A stretch of 34,102 nucleotides of DNA from a virus (IMGVR_UViG_2778261316_000008), one strand, 5' to 3'. Numbered from the stretch's first letter, positions 8,203-17,435 are shown. Notes: generated by a model not told the origin, from the sequence alone. Translations and numbers: made by a program.

Positions 8203-8613
8203 ATGAGTATAAAAGAGAGATTGCGCGAAGCGATGGATGCTAAGAGTCTGACAATTAAGGCATTGTCAGACTTGTCAAAAATTCCATATCGCTCACTTCA
8301 AAACTATCTGCGTGGAGAGAGAGAACCTAATGCAGAGGCTCTTGTTGCGCTAAGCACCCATTTGAACATATCAATAGATTGGCTACTTACTGGTAAAGGG
8401 GAAGCTGTTGGGGTAGAGAAAGCACAGCCAGCTAATCAGGAGCAGCATTTCAACCAGTCTGATCTGAAGTTATTGGAGCTGCTCAACCAACTGGAGCCAG
8501 AGGTGCGAAAAGAGTTGCTGCGAGGCGCTGAGGAAAAACAGCGAATGATTGATATGGAAAAACAGCTTAAGGAGCTGTCCGCAGCGTTCGAAAGATTAAA
8601 AAATACGGGTTAA
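8203..8613 (+). CDS. XRE-family HTH repressor (putative lysogeny repressor)
   Basis: ATG at 8203 (MSIKERLREAMD...); N-terminal Cro/C1-type HTH, C-terminal coiled coil; divergent from Ner-like gene; AT-rich. Confidence 0.7.
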   Translation: MSIKERLREAMDAKSLTIKALSDLSKIPYRSLQNYLRGEREPNAEALVALSTHLNISIDWLLTGKGEAVGVEKAQPANQEQHFNQSDLKLLELLNQLEPEVRKELLRGAEEKQRMIDMEKQLKELSAAFERLKNTG

Positions 8614-8648
8614 TCTGTTCCTATTAAGAACATTAGAGGTATAAGGAC

Positions 8649-9182
8649 ATGACTATGCGCAAATTATTTTTACCGTTGATATTTGTTTTATCTGGGTGTG
8701 GAGATAATACCGATCCTGCTGATACGTCCACCACAGCTAAGGAGCACGCGGTTTTTAGCGTTGAAACAGATAATCCGGTTGTAAATCGCGAATTACCGTT
8801 TATTCGCCAACAACTCCCCGGCCTGGATAAGTACGCGGACAGTTTTGAAAAAGTCGAAGTATCCGAGGATAGCGAACGTCCGGTGACAACGGTGCAGTTT
8901 CATATTAAAGACGAAAATAATATTCCAAGTGACTACATAGCCTCTGGTCATAATTGTTATTTGTTCATATCAAATAATGCCCACGAAGTGAAAATATCTA
9001 AATCAGCATGTCAGGCTGTTTTTTTCGATAAAACGGATGTTCCTGGTGGAGACCTGACCGTGAAACTTGATAAGGAAAAAGTTCCTATGACAGATGATGG
9101 TAAGACCCCGCGAGCAGGTTGTTTGAAAGCTTATTCACCAGAGCCAGATAATGATTATTGGACTTGTCCAAGGCAGGATTAA
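8649..9182 (+). CDS. lipoprotein (moron candidate)
   Basis: Signal peptide MRKLFLPLIFVLSGC with lipobox LSGC, Gly at +2; four further Cys; markedly AT-rich relative to late genes; 36 bp downstream of repressor with no intervening hairpin. Confidence 0.7.
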   Translation: MTMRKLFLPLIFVLSGCGDNTDPADTSTTAKEHAVFSVETDNPVVNRELPFIRQQLPGLDKYADSFEKVEVSEDSERPVTTVQFHIKDENNIPSDYIASGHNCYLFISNNAHEVKISKSACQAVFFDKTDVPGGDLTVKLDKEKVPMTDDGKTPRAGCLKAYSPEPDNDYWTCPRQD

Positions 9183-9189
9183 ATGTTTA

Positions 9190-9212
9190 GGTGGTGCTGC
9201 AGATGCACCACC
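9190..9212. terminator. GC-rich hairpin between convergent lipoprotein and methyltransferase genes
   Basis: GGTGGTGC-TGCAGAT-GCACCACC (8-bp stem, 7-nt loop) followed by ACCTTT; lies between two convergent stop codons. Confidence 0.45.
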
Positions 9213-9229
9213 ACCTTTAACTACCTCTT

Positions 9230-10000
9230 TCAAAAATTACAAATTACCAGCTCTTTCTTCGGGCTGGGTTTGCCTGTTACCTTAAGGTTGTAGCTGATAT
9301 CAACCGACTGCATGTTCAGACCGTTGAATACCTGCCGCATTTCCGGGATATCGTTCACTGATATAATCATCTTCCCTTTGATCCTTCGCGCTAAATCTGC
9401 CATGTGATCATAGTTTTCCAGCCCGAACTCCACACCATAGCCTTCCGTTCCCCAGTACGGTGGGTCACAGTAGAACAGCGTATGCGGGCGATCATATCGC
9501 TCTATGCACTGGTGCCAGTCCAGATGCTCTATCAGCGTTCTCGACAGGCGCAGGTGTGCCATCGACAGTTCTTCCTCAATACGCAGCAAATTGAAGCGCG
9601 GCGCACTGGTTGTAGAGGTACCGAATGTGTGATCGGCGACCTTGCCGCCAAATGCCTGTTTCTGCAGGTAGTAGAACCGGGCCGCCCGCTGAATGTCGGT
9701 GAGCGTTTCTTCCGGCGTATCCTGCAACCATTTGTAAATCTGACGGCTGACCAGCGCCCATTTGAACTGGCGAATAAATTCTTCCAGATGATGCTTGACC
9801 ACCCGATAGAGGTTCACCAGTTCCCCGTTGATATCGTTAATGACTTCGGTCTTGCTGGGAGTCTTTAGGAAATAGAGCGCAGCTGCCCCGCAGAACGGCT
9901 CCACATAGCAGGTATGGGCCGGAAACAATGGTAAAATATGCTTCGCCAGACGACGTTTACCGCCAATCCATGGGACGATGGGTAAAGATTGTTCTTTCAT
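9230..10000 (-). CDS. Dam-like N6-adenine DNA methyltransferase (D12 class)
   Basis: DPPY motif (LFYCDPPYWG), SAM-binding-like EPFCGAAALYF; ATG at 10000 (alternative TTG at 10024). Confidence 0.8.
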   Translation of the reverse strand: MKEQSLPIVPWIGGKRRLAKHILPLFPAHTCYVEPFCGAAALYFLKTPSKTEVINDINGELVNLYRVVKHHLEEFIRQFKWALVSRQIYKWLQDTPEETLTDIQRAARFYYLQKQAFGGKVADHTFGTSTTSAPRFNLLRIEEELSMAHLRLSRTLIEHLDWHQCIERYDRPHTLFYCDPPYWGTEGYGVEFGLENYDHMADLARRIKGKMIISVNDIPEMRQVFNGLNMQSVDISYNLKVTGKPSPKKELVICNF

Positions 10001-10247
10001 TATCCGTAAGCCTTTTGCAATCAATGAAAATATGGCAGGCTAGTCTGGTCTCGCGAGACTGACTGAACCCTGGTCGGCTCACAGTGCATACCTGTGGGTT
10101 GATGACCAGCCTGGTGTTACCGCACCGGGCTGGTCGTTCTTTCAAAGCCATCATGCGGTTCACGTCTGCATCCTCACTATTAACGCTGTTTAAAATCCCT
10201 TTCCCCGACCATTTGTGATGCTGTCTCCACTACACAAGGAGACGCTC

Positions 10248-10598
10248 ATGAAAAACCTGAAAAAATTCATTCCCCCTGTTAAAAAGCCACGTCTCAGCGG
10301 CTGGCTGCTGACCGCTGTGCTGCTGCTCGGCACCATCGGTCTGGTATCGCCCCAGCAGCTGCCGGTGGTTGTCTACAAGCTATCACTCATCACGCTGGCG
10401 GCAGTATTGGGCTACTGGCTTGACCGTTCGCTTTTCCCCAAAGCCCGTCCCGGTCAGTACCTGAAGCATGATGACAGGCTGATGGCTGATGGTCGCTTCC
10501 CTGTCCAGACTGGCCTTCACCTGGTCTTTTCTGCTGCGCTAATCCGCCGTGCGCTGATTGTTGCTGCAGTCTGTCTGGCCGTAGCGATGGGGCTTTAA
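10248..10598 (+). CDS. holin-like membrane protein
   Basis: ATG at 10248 with AAGGAGA RBS; three hydrophobic helices; immediately upstream of and overlapping the endolysin gene. Confidence 0.5.
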   Translation: MKNLKKFIPPVKKPRLSGWLLTAVLLLGTIGLVSPQQLPVVVYKLSLITLAAVLGYWLDRSLFPKARPGQYLKHDDRLMADGRFPVQTGLHLVFSAALIRRALIVAAVCLAVAMGL

Positions 10599-11335
10599 TG
10601 ATGACCCTCTATATGTACTGGCCTCAGGTTGTCTGGGCCGTGCTGGTACTGCTGGGGCTGGGCATCGAACTGGCCCGCTACGGGCAGGCCCGAACGGGTA
10701 AGCACAGTTTCTGGTGGCAGCTCTTTGGTTCAGTAACGGTAGCCTGGCTGCTCTGGTGTGGCGGCTTCTTCAGTCAGGCCCGCGCTGCCCAGCCACCGCA
10801 GACCGCGCTGCAGTATCGCGACGATGTGATCCGTAATGCCCGGCTTGAATGGGGAATGTCTGCGCCGGTGGCCGACTTCGCCGCGCAGCTGCATCAGGAA
10901 AGCGGCTGGCGACCTGATGCGGTCTCGCCGGTTGGCGCTCAGGGACTGGCGCAGTTTATGCCCACCACCGCTGACTGGATAAGTCAGCTGATGCCGGGGC
11001 TTAACAGCCGTGAACCGTTTAATCCGTCTTGGGCCATCCGGGCGCTGGTCAGCTATGACCGCTGGCTGTGGCAACGCGTCAGCGCCGTCAATGACTGCGA
11101 GCGTATGGCCATGACGCTGTCAGGCTATAACGGTGGTCTGGGCTGGGTACAGCGGGACAAACGGCTGGCCTCGCAGCAGGGGCTGGACAGCACCCGCTGG
11201 TTTGGTCATGTCGCCACGGTGAATGCCGGACGCAGCACTGCCAACTGGCGGGAGAACCGTCATTATCCGCAGCGCATCCTGCACGAACTGGCCCCGCGTT
11301 ATCTCACCTGGGGAGGCGGCAGCTGTGTGGACTAA
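10598..11335 (+). CDS. endolysin: lytic transglycosylase (SLT domain) with N-terminal membrane/SAR-like region
   Basis: SLT motif QESGWRPDAVSPVGAQGLAQFMPTTA; two N-terminal hydrophobic stretches. Confidence 0.75.
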   Translation: MMTLYMYWPQVVWAVLVLLGLGIELARYGQARTGKHSFWWQLFGSVTVAWLLWCGGFFSQARAAQPPQTALQYRDDVIRNARLEWGMSAPVADFAAQLHQESGWRPDAVSPVGAQGLAQFMPTTADWISQLMPGLNSREPFNPSWAIRALVSYDRWLWQRVSAVNDCERMAMTLSGYNGGLGWVQRDKRLASQQGLDSTRWFGHVATVNAGRSTANWRENRHYPQRILHELAPRYLTWGGGSCVD

Positions 11336-11978
11336 CCTGCTAAAAAATCTGCCGTGGCGCAGTCTGCTGCTGGCGGTGGTCATAAATGCTTTTCTGATTG
11401 GGCTTTATTACCTGGGCTACAAAAGCGGGCATGAAAACGCCACGCGCGACGGCGATAAGGCGGTCAGTGAGTTGCAGTCAGCATTCGACACGTACAAAAC
11501 GGAGCAGGCAACGCTTGAGAACGCTGCGTTGCGGGCTTGGGCGAAACGGTATCAGGAACAGGTAGCCGCCGGGCAGCAGGCTGAAGCCAGTTACCTTGAG
11601 CAGATTGCTCAGCTTGAGAGCCAGAACAAACAACTACAGGGGCAAATTAACGATGTCACACAGCGCTGGATTGATGAAAAAGGTAAGAGCCATCCCATTG
11701 AGTGCGTGTTTACTCGCGGTTTCGTGCGCCAGTACAACGCCGCGCTCGGATATGACAACGCATCCGTCGACGCCGGTCATTCAGACGCAACTGCCGCCGC
11801 TGGCACCGGCACTCGCGCAGCGTCCGGGCAACCTGCAGCCGCTGACGCCTGGCTACGCGACTCAGGCGTCTCCCAGCGTGACGTCCTCGCCAACATCATC
11901 GACAACGCGAAGCAGTGTCGCATCTGGCGCGGCCAGATAAACGGGCTGCTGGACGAACGGGAAGGATTACAGAAATGA
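11325..11978 (+). CDS. i-spanin (Rz-like)
   Basis: GTG at 11325 after GGGAGGCGG; N-terminal TM helix then long coiled-coil periplasmic region; follows endolysin. Confidence 0.6.
   Translation: MWTNLLKNLPWRSLLLAVVINAFLIGLYYLGYKSGHENATRDGDKAVSELQSAFDTYKTEQATLENAALRAWAKRYQEQVAAGQQAEASYLEQIAQLESQNKQLQGQINDVTQRWIDEKGKSHPIECVFTRGFVRQYNAALGYDNASVDAGHSDATAAAGTGTRAASGQPAAADAWLRDSGVSQRDVLANIIDNAKQCRIWRGQINGLLDEREGLQK
11674..11940 (+). CDS. o-spanin (Rz1-like lipoprotein) embedded in the +1 frame of the i-spanin gene
   Basis: MKKVRAIPLSACLLAVSCASTTP: signal peptide with lipobox AVSC, proline-rich mature region, wholly inside the Rz-like ORF. Confidence 0.55.
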   Translation: MKKVRAIPLSACLLAVSCASTTPRSDMTTHPSTPVIQTQLPPLAPALAQRPGNLQPLTPGYATQASPSVTSSPTSSTTRSSVASGAAR

Positions 11979-12307
11979 CGTTGCAGGTTGAATTCTGGAC
12001 GGTGGTGGGCTTTCTCATCACCTTCATGAGCTTTGTCGGCGGTATGGCCAAGTGGCTGTTCAGTAAAGCGGAGGAGCGTCAGGCGGCGCGGTTCGCCTCC
12101 CTTGAGCAGTCGCTGCAACAGTCCGCCTCCAACTGGGGCGAGCTGGAAAAAGAATTTATGCGGTTTAAGGCGGATTTACCGCTGAACTACGTCCGCCGCG
12201 AGGATTACATCCGTGGCCAGACGGTCATCGAGGCCAAGCTGGACGCACTCTACAACAAACTGGAAGTGGTACAGCAGTACCGTCATACAGGAGGTCACCA
12301 TGGTTGA
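11975..12307 (+). CDS. small membrane protein (Mu gp25-like position)
   Basis: ATG at 11975 overlapping spanin stop (ATGA); one TM helix then coiled coil. Confidence 0.5.
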   Translation: MTLQVEFWTVVGFLITFMSFVGGMAKWLFSKAEERQAARFASLEQSLQQSASNWGELEKEFMRFKADLPLNYVRREDYIRGQTVIEAKLDALYNKLEVVQQYRHTGGHHG

Positions 12308-12611
12308 TATCGCCCGCGTGCGCCGGGAATCCCTGCGCTGGAGTCTGCTGGTTGCTCTGAACAAAACCCGCCCGTATACCGCCAGCGAGACGCTGCTGCT
12401 GGATGTATCCCGCGCCATCTACCCGGACACCACGCCGCTGGAGCTGCGCCGTGAGCTGGATTATCTGGCCGACCGCAAGATGGTAGATCTGGAGAAAAAA
12501 CCCTCCGGCGACTGGTTTGCCGACCTGACCCGCCTCGGCGTCGACCTGGTGGAATACACCGTGGAATGCGGCCCCGGCATCGCCCGCCCGGAAAAGTACT
12601 GGAGTGAATAA
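12300..12611 (+). CDS. hypothetical protein (Mu gp26-like position)
   Basis: ATG at 12300 with CAGGAGG RBS; stop overlaps start of next gene (TAATG). Confidence 0.5.
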   Translation: MVDIARVRRESLRWSLLVALNKTRPYTASETLLLDVSRAIYPDTTPLELRRELDYLADRKMVDLEKKPSGDWFADLTRLGVDLVEYTVECGPGIARPEKYWSE

Positions 12612-13156
12612 TGGCCAGACGCAGCACGATAGAAAAGCTGCCGGAAGATGTGCGTCGCTGGCTTGAGCGGGCGCTGACTGAATCCGGCTTCAGCGGGTAT
12701 AACGAGCTGGAGTCCCTGCTGCGTGAGCAGGGTTACGTCATCAGCAAATCGGCTATCCATCGCTATGGACAGAAGATTGAGCGCCGCTATGGCGCTATCC
12801 GTGCGGCTACCGAAGCGGCCCGCATGCTGACCGAGGGAGCTGCTGACGATCAGGATGCGCGTTCGGAGGCGGTGATCGCCCTGATTCAGACCGAGCTGTT
12901 CGAGAGTATTGTCCAGCTGCAGGAAGCGGAAGAAGGCGAAGTCGACCCCAAAGAGCGCGTGGCGCTGCTGTCGAAGGTGGCGAAGAACGTGGCCACGCTG
13001 TCCCGCGCGTCCGTCAACCTCAAGAAGTTCCAGTCCGAAGTCCGGGCCAGAGCGCAGCAGGCAGCCAGCAACGCCGAGAAAATTGCCCGTAAGGGTGGAC
13101 TGTCAACCGATGCGGTGCAGGCACTGCGACGTGAAATTCTGGGGATTGCCACATGA
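12611..13156 (+). CDS. DUF3486 protein (Mu gp27-like, putative small terminase-like subunit)
   Basis: MARRSTIEKLPEDVRRWL... N-terminal domain; immediately upstream of and overlapping large terminase. Confidence 0.7.
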   Translation: MARRSTIEKLPEDVRRWLERALTESGFSGYNELESLLREQGYVISKSAIHRYGQKIERRYGAIRAATEAARMLTEGAADDQDARSEAVIALIQTELFESIVQLQEAEEGEVDPKERVALLSKVAKNVATLSRASVNLKKFQSEVRARAQQAASNAEKIARKGGLSTDAVQALRREILGIAT

Positions 13157-14676
13157 GCCAGCTTGCTCCCGTTTTGCCTGATACCTCGGCGCTGGATATC
13201 CCCGCCGTTCTGATGCCCTACCAGCAGCGCTGGGTGGCTGACACCTCTCCGCTTAAGGTGATTGAGAAGAGCCGCCGTACCGGTATCACCTGGGCTGAAG
13301 CGTCCGATGATGTGCTGACCGCAGCCTCTTCAGCACCTGCGGGCGGGATGAACGTGTATTACATCGCCTATAACCAGGACATGACCGTCGAATATATCCA
13401 GGCCTGTGCGATGTGGGCGCGGGCATTCAACTATGCTGCCAGTGAAATCGAAGAAGGTTTCTGGGAAGAGGACGAAGACGACAAGCACATCAAGACCTAT
13501 ACCATCAAGTTTCCCGACTCCGGTTTCCGCGTTGTCGCGCTCTCCAGTCGACCGTCGAACCTGCGTGGCCGTCAGGGCATCATCGTTATCGACGAAGCGG
13601 CGTTCCATGAGCAACTGGACGAGCTGCTGAAGGCGGCGCTGGCGATGCTTATCTGGGGTGGCAAGGTGCGCGTTATCTCCACCCATGACGGTGACGATAA
13701 CCCGTTCAATACGCTTATCGGTGATATTCGGGCCGGACGTCAGGGGGGTAGCGTACACCGCATTACTTTCCAGGAGGCCGTGGCGGAGGGACTGTTCCAC
13801 CGCGTCTGCCTGCGTACCGGGAAAGAATGGTCGCAAGCGTCCGAGCAGGCGTGGATGGCATCGGTGTACAAATTCTACGGTGCCGGTGCATCCGAGGAGC
13901 TTGACTGCGTTCCGGCCAACGGAGGCGGCGCCTGGCTGTCCCGCGCCCTGATTGAGTCCCGCATGTCACCCGATACGCCGGTGCTGCGCCTGACCTGCCC
14001 GGAGGGCTACGAGCTGAAGCCCGACGACGTCCGCTGGAGCGAGACGCAGGACTGGCTGGACGAACACCTCAAACCATTGCTGGAAGCTCTGCCTGCTGAC
14101 GCACGTTCTTTCCTGGGGCGCGACTTTGGCCGCAGCGGTGACCTGTCGGTGGACTATCCCCTGTTGCAGGAGAAGAACCTGGTACGTCGCGTACCGTTCG
14201 TGCTGGAGCTGCGCAACGTGCCGTTCAAACAGCAGGAGCAAATTGCGTGGTATCTGATGGACGGCCTGCCAAACCTGATGGGCGCGGCGCTCGATGCCCG
14301 TGGTAACGGCTCTTATCTCGCCGAATACGCCATGCAGCGCTACGGCTCCAGCCGGGTCAAGCAGGTGATGCCTACCGAAAACTGGTATCGCGAGCATATG
14401 CCGCCGGTCAAGGCTGCGCTGGAAGATGGCAACCTGGTGGATTTACCGAAGGATGAAGACACGCTGGACGACCTGCGGGCCGTTCAGGTGGTAAACGGCG
14501 TTCCCCGCGTGCCGGAACAGCGCTCAAAAGCGAAGTCTGACAGTGGCAAGCGTCACGGGGATTCAGCCATCGCACTGGCGCTGGCGTACTTCGCCAGCCG
14601 TGAAATTAACAAAGGGCCGGTGAAGGCAAGCTCACGCCGTCGTCGTCAGGCGGCCCGTATGCTGGAGGATTACTGA
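13153..14676 (+). CDS. terminase large subunit (Mu gp28-like)
   Basis: 507 aa; position between DUF3486 and portal; acidic/ATPase-like motifs (GIIVIDEAAF). Confidence 0.8.
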   Translation: MSQLAPVLPDTSALDIPAVLMPYQQRWVADTSPLKVIEKSRRTGITWAEASDDVLTAASSAPAGGMNVYYIAYNQDMTVEYIQACAMWARAFNYAASEIEEGFWEEDEDDKHIKTYTIKFPDSGFRVVALSSRPSNLRGRQGIIVIDEAAFHEQLDELLKAALAMLIWGGKVRVISTHDGDDNPFNTLIGDIRAGRQGGSVHRITFQEAVAEGLFHRVCLRTGKEWSQASEQAWMASVYKFYGAGASEELDCVPANGGGAWLSRALIESRMSPDTPVLRLTCPEGYELKPDDVRWSETQDWLDEHLKPLLEALPADARSFLGRDFGRSGDLSVDYPLLQEKNLVRRVPFVLELRNVPFKQQEQIAWYLMDGLPNLMGAALDARGNGSYLAEYAMQRYGSSRVKQVMPTENWYREHMPPVKAALEDGNLVDLPKDEDTLDDLRAVQVVNGVPRVPEQRSKAKSDSGKRHGDSAIALALAYFASREINKGPVKASSRRRRQAARMLEDY

Positions 14677-16172
14677 TGGCCCGTGGACTCTGGGTTTCAG
14701 CCAATGAGTTTGTCTCTTTTGCCGAACCCAATAAAACGCTGACGGAGCAGATCGCCTCGCGCAGCCGCTCCATCGACTTCTTCGGGCTGGGAATGTACCT
14801 GCCTAACCCTGACCCCATTCTGAAATCTCAGGGCCGGGATATCCGTATCTATCGTGAACTGCGTACCGACCCGCTGGTTGGTGGCTGCATCCGCAGGCGG
14901 AAGGCGGCGGTCAAGTCGCTGGAGCGTGGTCTTGAGCGCGGTCATGCCCCGGCGCGGGTATTCAGCTTCATCCGGGATATGCTCGACGATCTGGATTTGT
15001 CACGCATCATCGGCGAGATGACCGACGCCGTTCTCTACGGGTATCAGCCCTGTGAGATCATGTGGGGGCGTTCTGTTAAATCCTGGGCCATCGCCGATAT
15101 CGTGGGTAAGCCACCAGAGTGGTTCCAGTTTGACAATGACAACCTGCTGCGCTTTCGCGCCAAAGACGCCGGGCTGGAAGGCGAGCCGGTACCGCTGAAC
15201 AAGTTCGTGGTACCGCGTCAGGATGCGACCTACGACAACCCGTATGGCTTCCCTGACCTGTCTATGTGCTTCTGGCCCGTGACATTCAAAAAAGGCGGCA
15301 TGAAATTCTGGGTGCGCTTTGCCGAGAAGTACGGCTCACCGTGGGTTATCGGCAAGCATCCGCGCGGGACGGCCCAGGGTGAGATCGACCTGCTGCTGGA
15401 CTCCATGGAGGCAATGGTGGAAGACGCGGTGGCCGCTATCCCTGACGATTCCTCCATTGAAATTAAGGAGGCCGCAGGCAAGGCCGACAGCAGCGATATT
15501 TATCAGAACCTGATCACGCTTGCCCGCAGTGAAATCTCCATCGCTCTGCTGGGGCAGAACCAGACCACCGAGGCCAACAGTAACCGCGCCTCCGCGCAGG
15601 CCGGACTGGAGGTCACCGATGATATCCGTGACGCTGACGCTGATATCGTGGAAAGCGCGGTGAATCAGGCCATCAGGATGGCGGTATCGATGAACTTTGG
15701 CGATGTGGCCAGCCCCGTCTGGAAGATGTGGGAACAGGGAACGGTCGATGATACCCAGGCGACCCGTGACGAGAAACTCAGCCGCGCCGGTGTGGTCTTC
15801 ACCCCGCAATACTTTAAGCGTGAGTACCAGCTGCAGGACGGCGATATTGACGAGACACCACCGTCAGAGCGCCAGAAGAACGCGCTGCCGCTGTCGTTCG
15901 CCGAGGCGATTGATGCCGATATACAGGCCCAGCAGGACCTCGATGATTCGCTGGATATTCTGATGAACGGTGGCACCTTAAACGGCGTACTTGCGCCGGT
16001 GCTGGAGCCGCTCTTTAACCAGGTGAAAGATGGCGTTAACCCGTCTGAGCTACTGGGGGCGCTGGCTGAACTGTACCCGCAGATGAATGCGGATGACCTG
16101 CAGGAACGGCTGGCCCGTATCATGTTTGTTGCAACTGTCTGGGGGCGTCTGCATGAGCGTGACAACGGCTGA
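14676..16172 (+). CDS. portal protein (DUF935, Mu gp29-like)
   Basis: 498 aa, follows terminase with ATGA overlap. Confidence 0.8.
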   Translation: MARGLWVSANEFVSFAEPNKTLTEQIASRSRSIDFFGLGMYLPNPDPILKSQGRDIRIYRELRTDPLVGGCIRRRKAAVKSLERGLERGHAPARVFSFIRDMLDDLDLSRIIGEMTDAVLYGYQPCEIMWGRSVKSWAIADIVGKPPEWFQFDNDNLLRFRAKDAGLEGEPVPLNKFVVPRQDATYDNPYGFPDLSMCFWPVTFKKGGMKFWVRFAEKYGSPWVIGKHPRGTAQGEIDLLLDSMEAMVEDAVAAIPDDSSIEIKEAAGKADSSDIYQNLITLARSEISIALLGQNQTTEANSNRASAQAGLEVTDDIRDADADIVESAVNQAIRMAVSMNFGDVASPVWKMWEQGTVDDTQATRDEKLSRAGVVFTPQYFKREYQLQDGDIDETPPSERQKNALPLSFAEAIDADIQAQQDLDDSLDILMNGGTLNGVLAPVLEPLFNQVKDGVNPSELLGALAELYPQMNADDLQERLARIMFVATVWGRLHERDNG

Positions 16173-16974
16173 ACTGGCGTACTGCATGACGCTGCCCCCA
16201 AAACGGGCTATCAGTTACCTGAAGTCCAAAGGGTATAGCTTCACGTGGGACTGGGAGGAAATGTGGCAGGATGCCCATGCCCGCGCCTTTACCGTCGCCA
16301 AAGTGACCCGCCTTGATATCCTGGAAGATATCAGGAGCGCCCTGCAGCAGGCACTGGATGAGGGCAAGACTGACCGCTGGTTCCGCCAGCAGCTGGAGCC
16401 GGAGCTGCAGCGCAAGGGATGGTGGGGGCCACGTGACACCACAGACCCGGTAACGGGCGAGCCGGTCACCATCCAGCAGGGCAGCCCGTGGCGGCTCGAC
16501 ACCATCTTTCGTACCAATATGTCCGTACTCTACAGTGCCGGTCGCTGGGCGGAGCAGATGGAGAACGTCGACGACAGGCCGTACTGGATGTATACCGGCA
16601 TCAACGACAGCCATACCCGTAAGAGCCATCTGGCGCTGCATGGTCTGGTGCTACGCTATGATGACCCGTTCTGGCAGGCGTTCTACCCGCCGAACGGCTG
16701 GCGCTGCCGTTGTGGCGTCATAGCCCTGAGCGCGGCGGATGTGCGTGCCCGTGGCCTCAAGGTGTCAGATTCTGGCACAACCATGGGATGGGAGCTGAAG
16801 CTGGTCTCAGAGAAAACAGGCGAGATGCAGAACGTCGCCACCTTCAATACCGGCACCACGAAGGTGGCCACCGACGTCGGCTGGTCTTACGCGCCGGGGG
16901 CAGCATACCGTCCCGACCTTGCCCGCTATCAGGGTACGCTTCAGCCGCTGGCACAGCAGGAACTGAGAGGATAA
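16153..16974 (+). CDS. head morphogenesis protein (Mu F-like)
   Basis: ATG at 16153 overlapping portal 3' end; conserved position after portal. Confidence 0.75.
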   Translation: MSVTTAELAYCMTLPPKRAISYLKSKGYSFTWDWEEMWQDAHARAFTVAKVTRLDILEDIRSALQQALDEGKTDRWFRQQLEPELQRKGWWGPRDTTDPVTGEPVTIQQGSPWRLDTIFRTNMSVLYSAGRWAEQMENVDDRPYWMYTGINDSHTRKSHLALHGLVLRYDDPFWQAFYPPNGWRCRCGVIALSAADVRARGLKVSDSGTTMGWELKLVSEKTGEMQNVATFNTGTTKVATDVGWSYAPGAAYRPDLARYQGTLQPLAQQELRG

Positions 16975-16976
16975 CG

Positions 16977-17435
16977 ATGGCTTCCGATAACCTGGTCAAT
17001 ATCACCATTAACGATGAATCCCTGCGCCGGAGCCTCCGTGCGCTGGACCTGGCTGCCACAGACCTGGAACCCGCGATGCGTAAAATCGCCGGAACCCTGC
17101 TGGCGGAAACGCAGTTTAACTTTCTCGATGAGGGGCGTCCGGGGTGGACTCCCTCGCTGGCAGCGGAAAAGCGCGACGGGCAAACACTGCAGGATACCGG
17201 GCGTCTGATGGGGTCAGTATCAACCGACCATGACGACCGGCAGGCAGCAGTTGGCACTAATGTCGTTTATGGGCCAATTCACCAGTTCGGTGGTAAAACG
17301 GGGCGTAATGAGTCCGTCGAACTTCCGGCCCGTCCGTTCCTGCCGCTGACAGGGGACGGTGAGCTGCAGCCTGAAGTGGTTGTCCCCATCCTCGATACGA
17401 TTGTCCGCCATCTTGAAGCAGCGGCCCGTCGCTGA
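16977..17435 (+). CDS. virion morphogenesis protein (Mu G-like)
   Basis: ATG at 16977 with GAGAGGA RBS; 152 aa; position after F-like gene. Confidence 0.6.
   Translation: MASDNLVNITINDESLRRSLRALDLAATDLEPAMRKIAGTLLAETQFNFLDEGRPGWTPSLAAEKRDGQTLQDTGRLMGSVSTDHDDRQAAVGTNVVYGPIHQFGGKTGRNESVELPARPFLPLTGDGELQPEVVVPILDTIVRHLEAAARR

Noticed and set aside
9957-10163. 68-aa minus-strand ORF upstream of the methyltransferase
   Set aside because: Overlaps the methyltransferase start in another frame and covers the palindrome-rich intergenic region; more likely regulatory DNA than a gene.
13966-14397. 143-aa minus-strand ORF
   Set aside because: Antisense within the large terminase gene.
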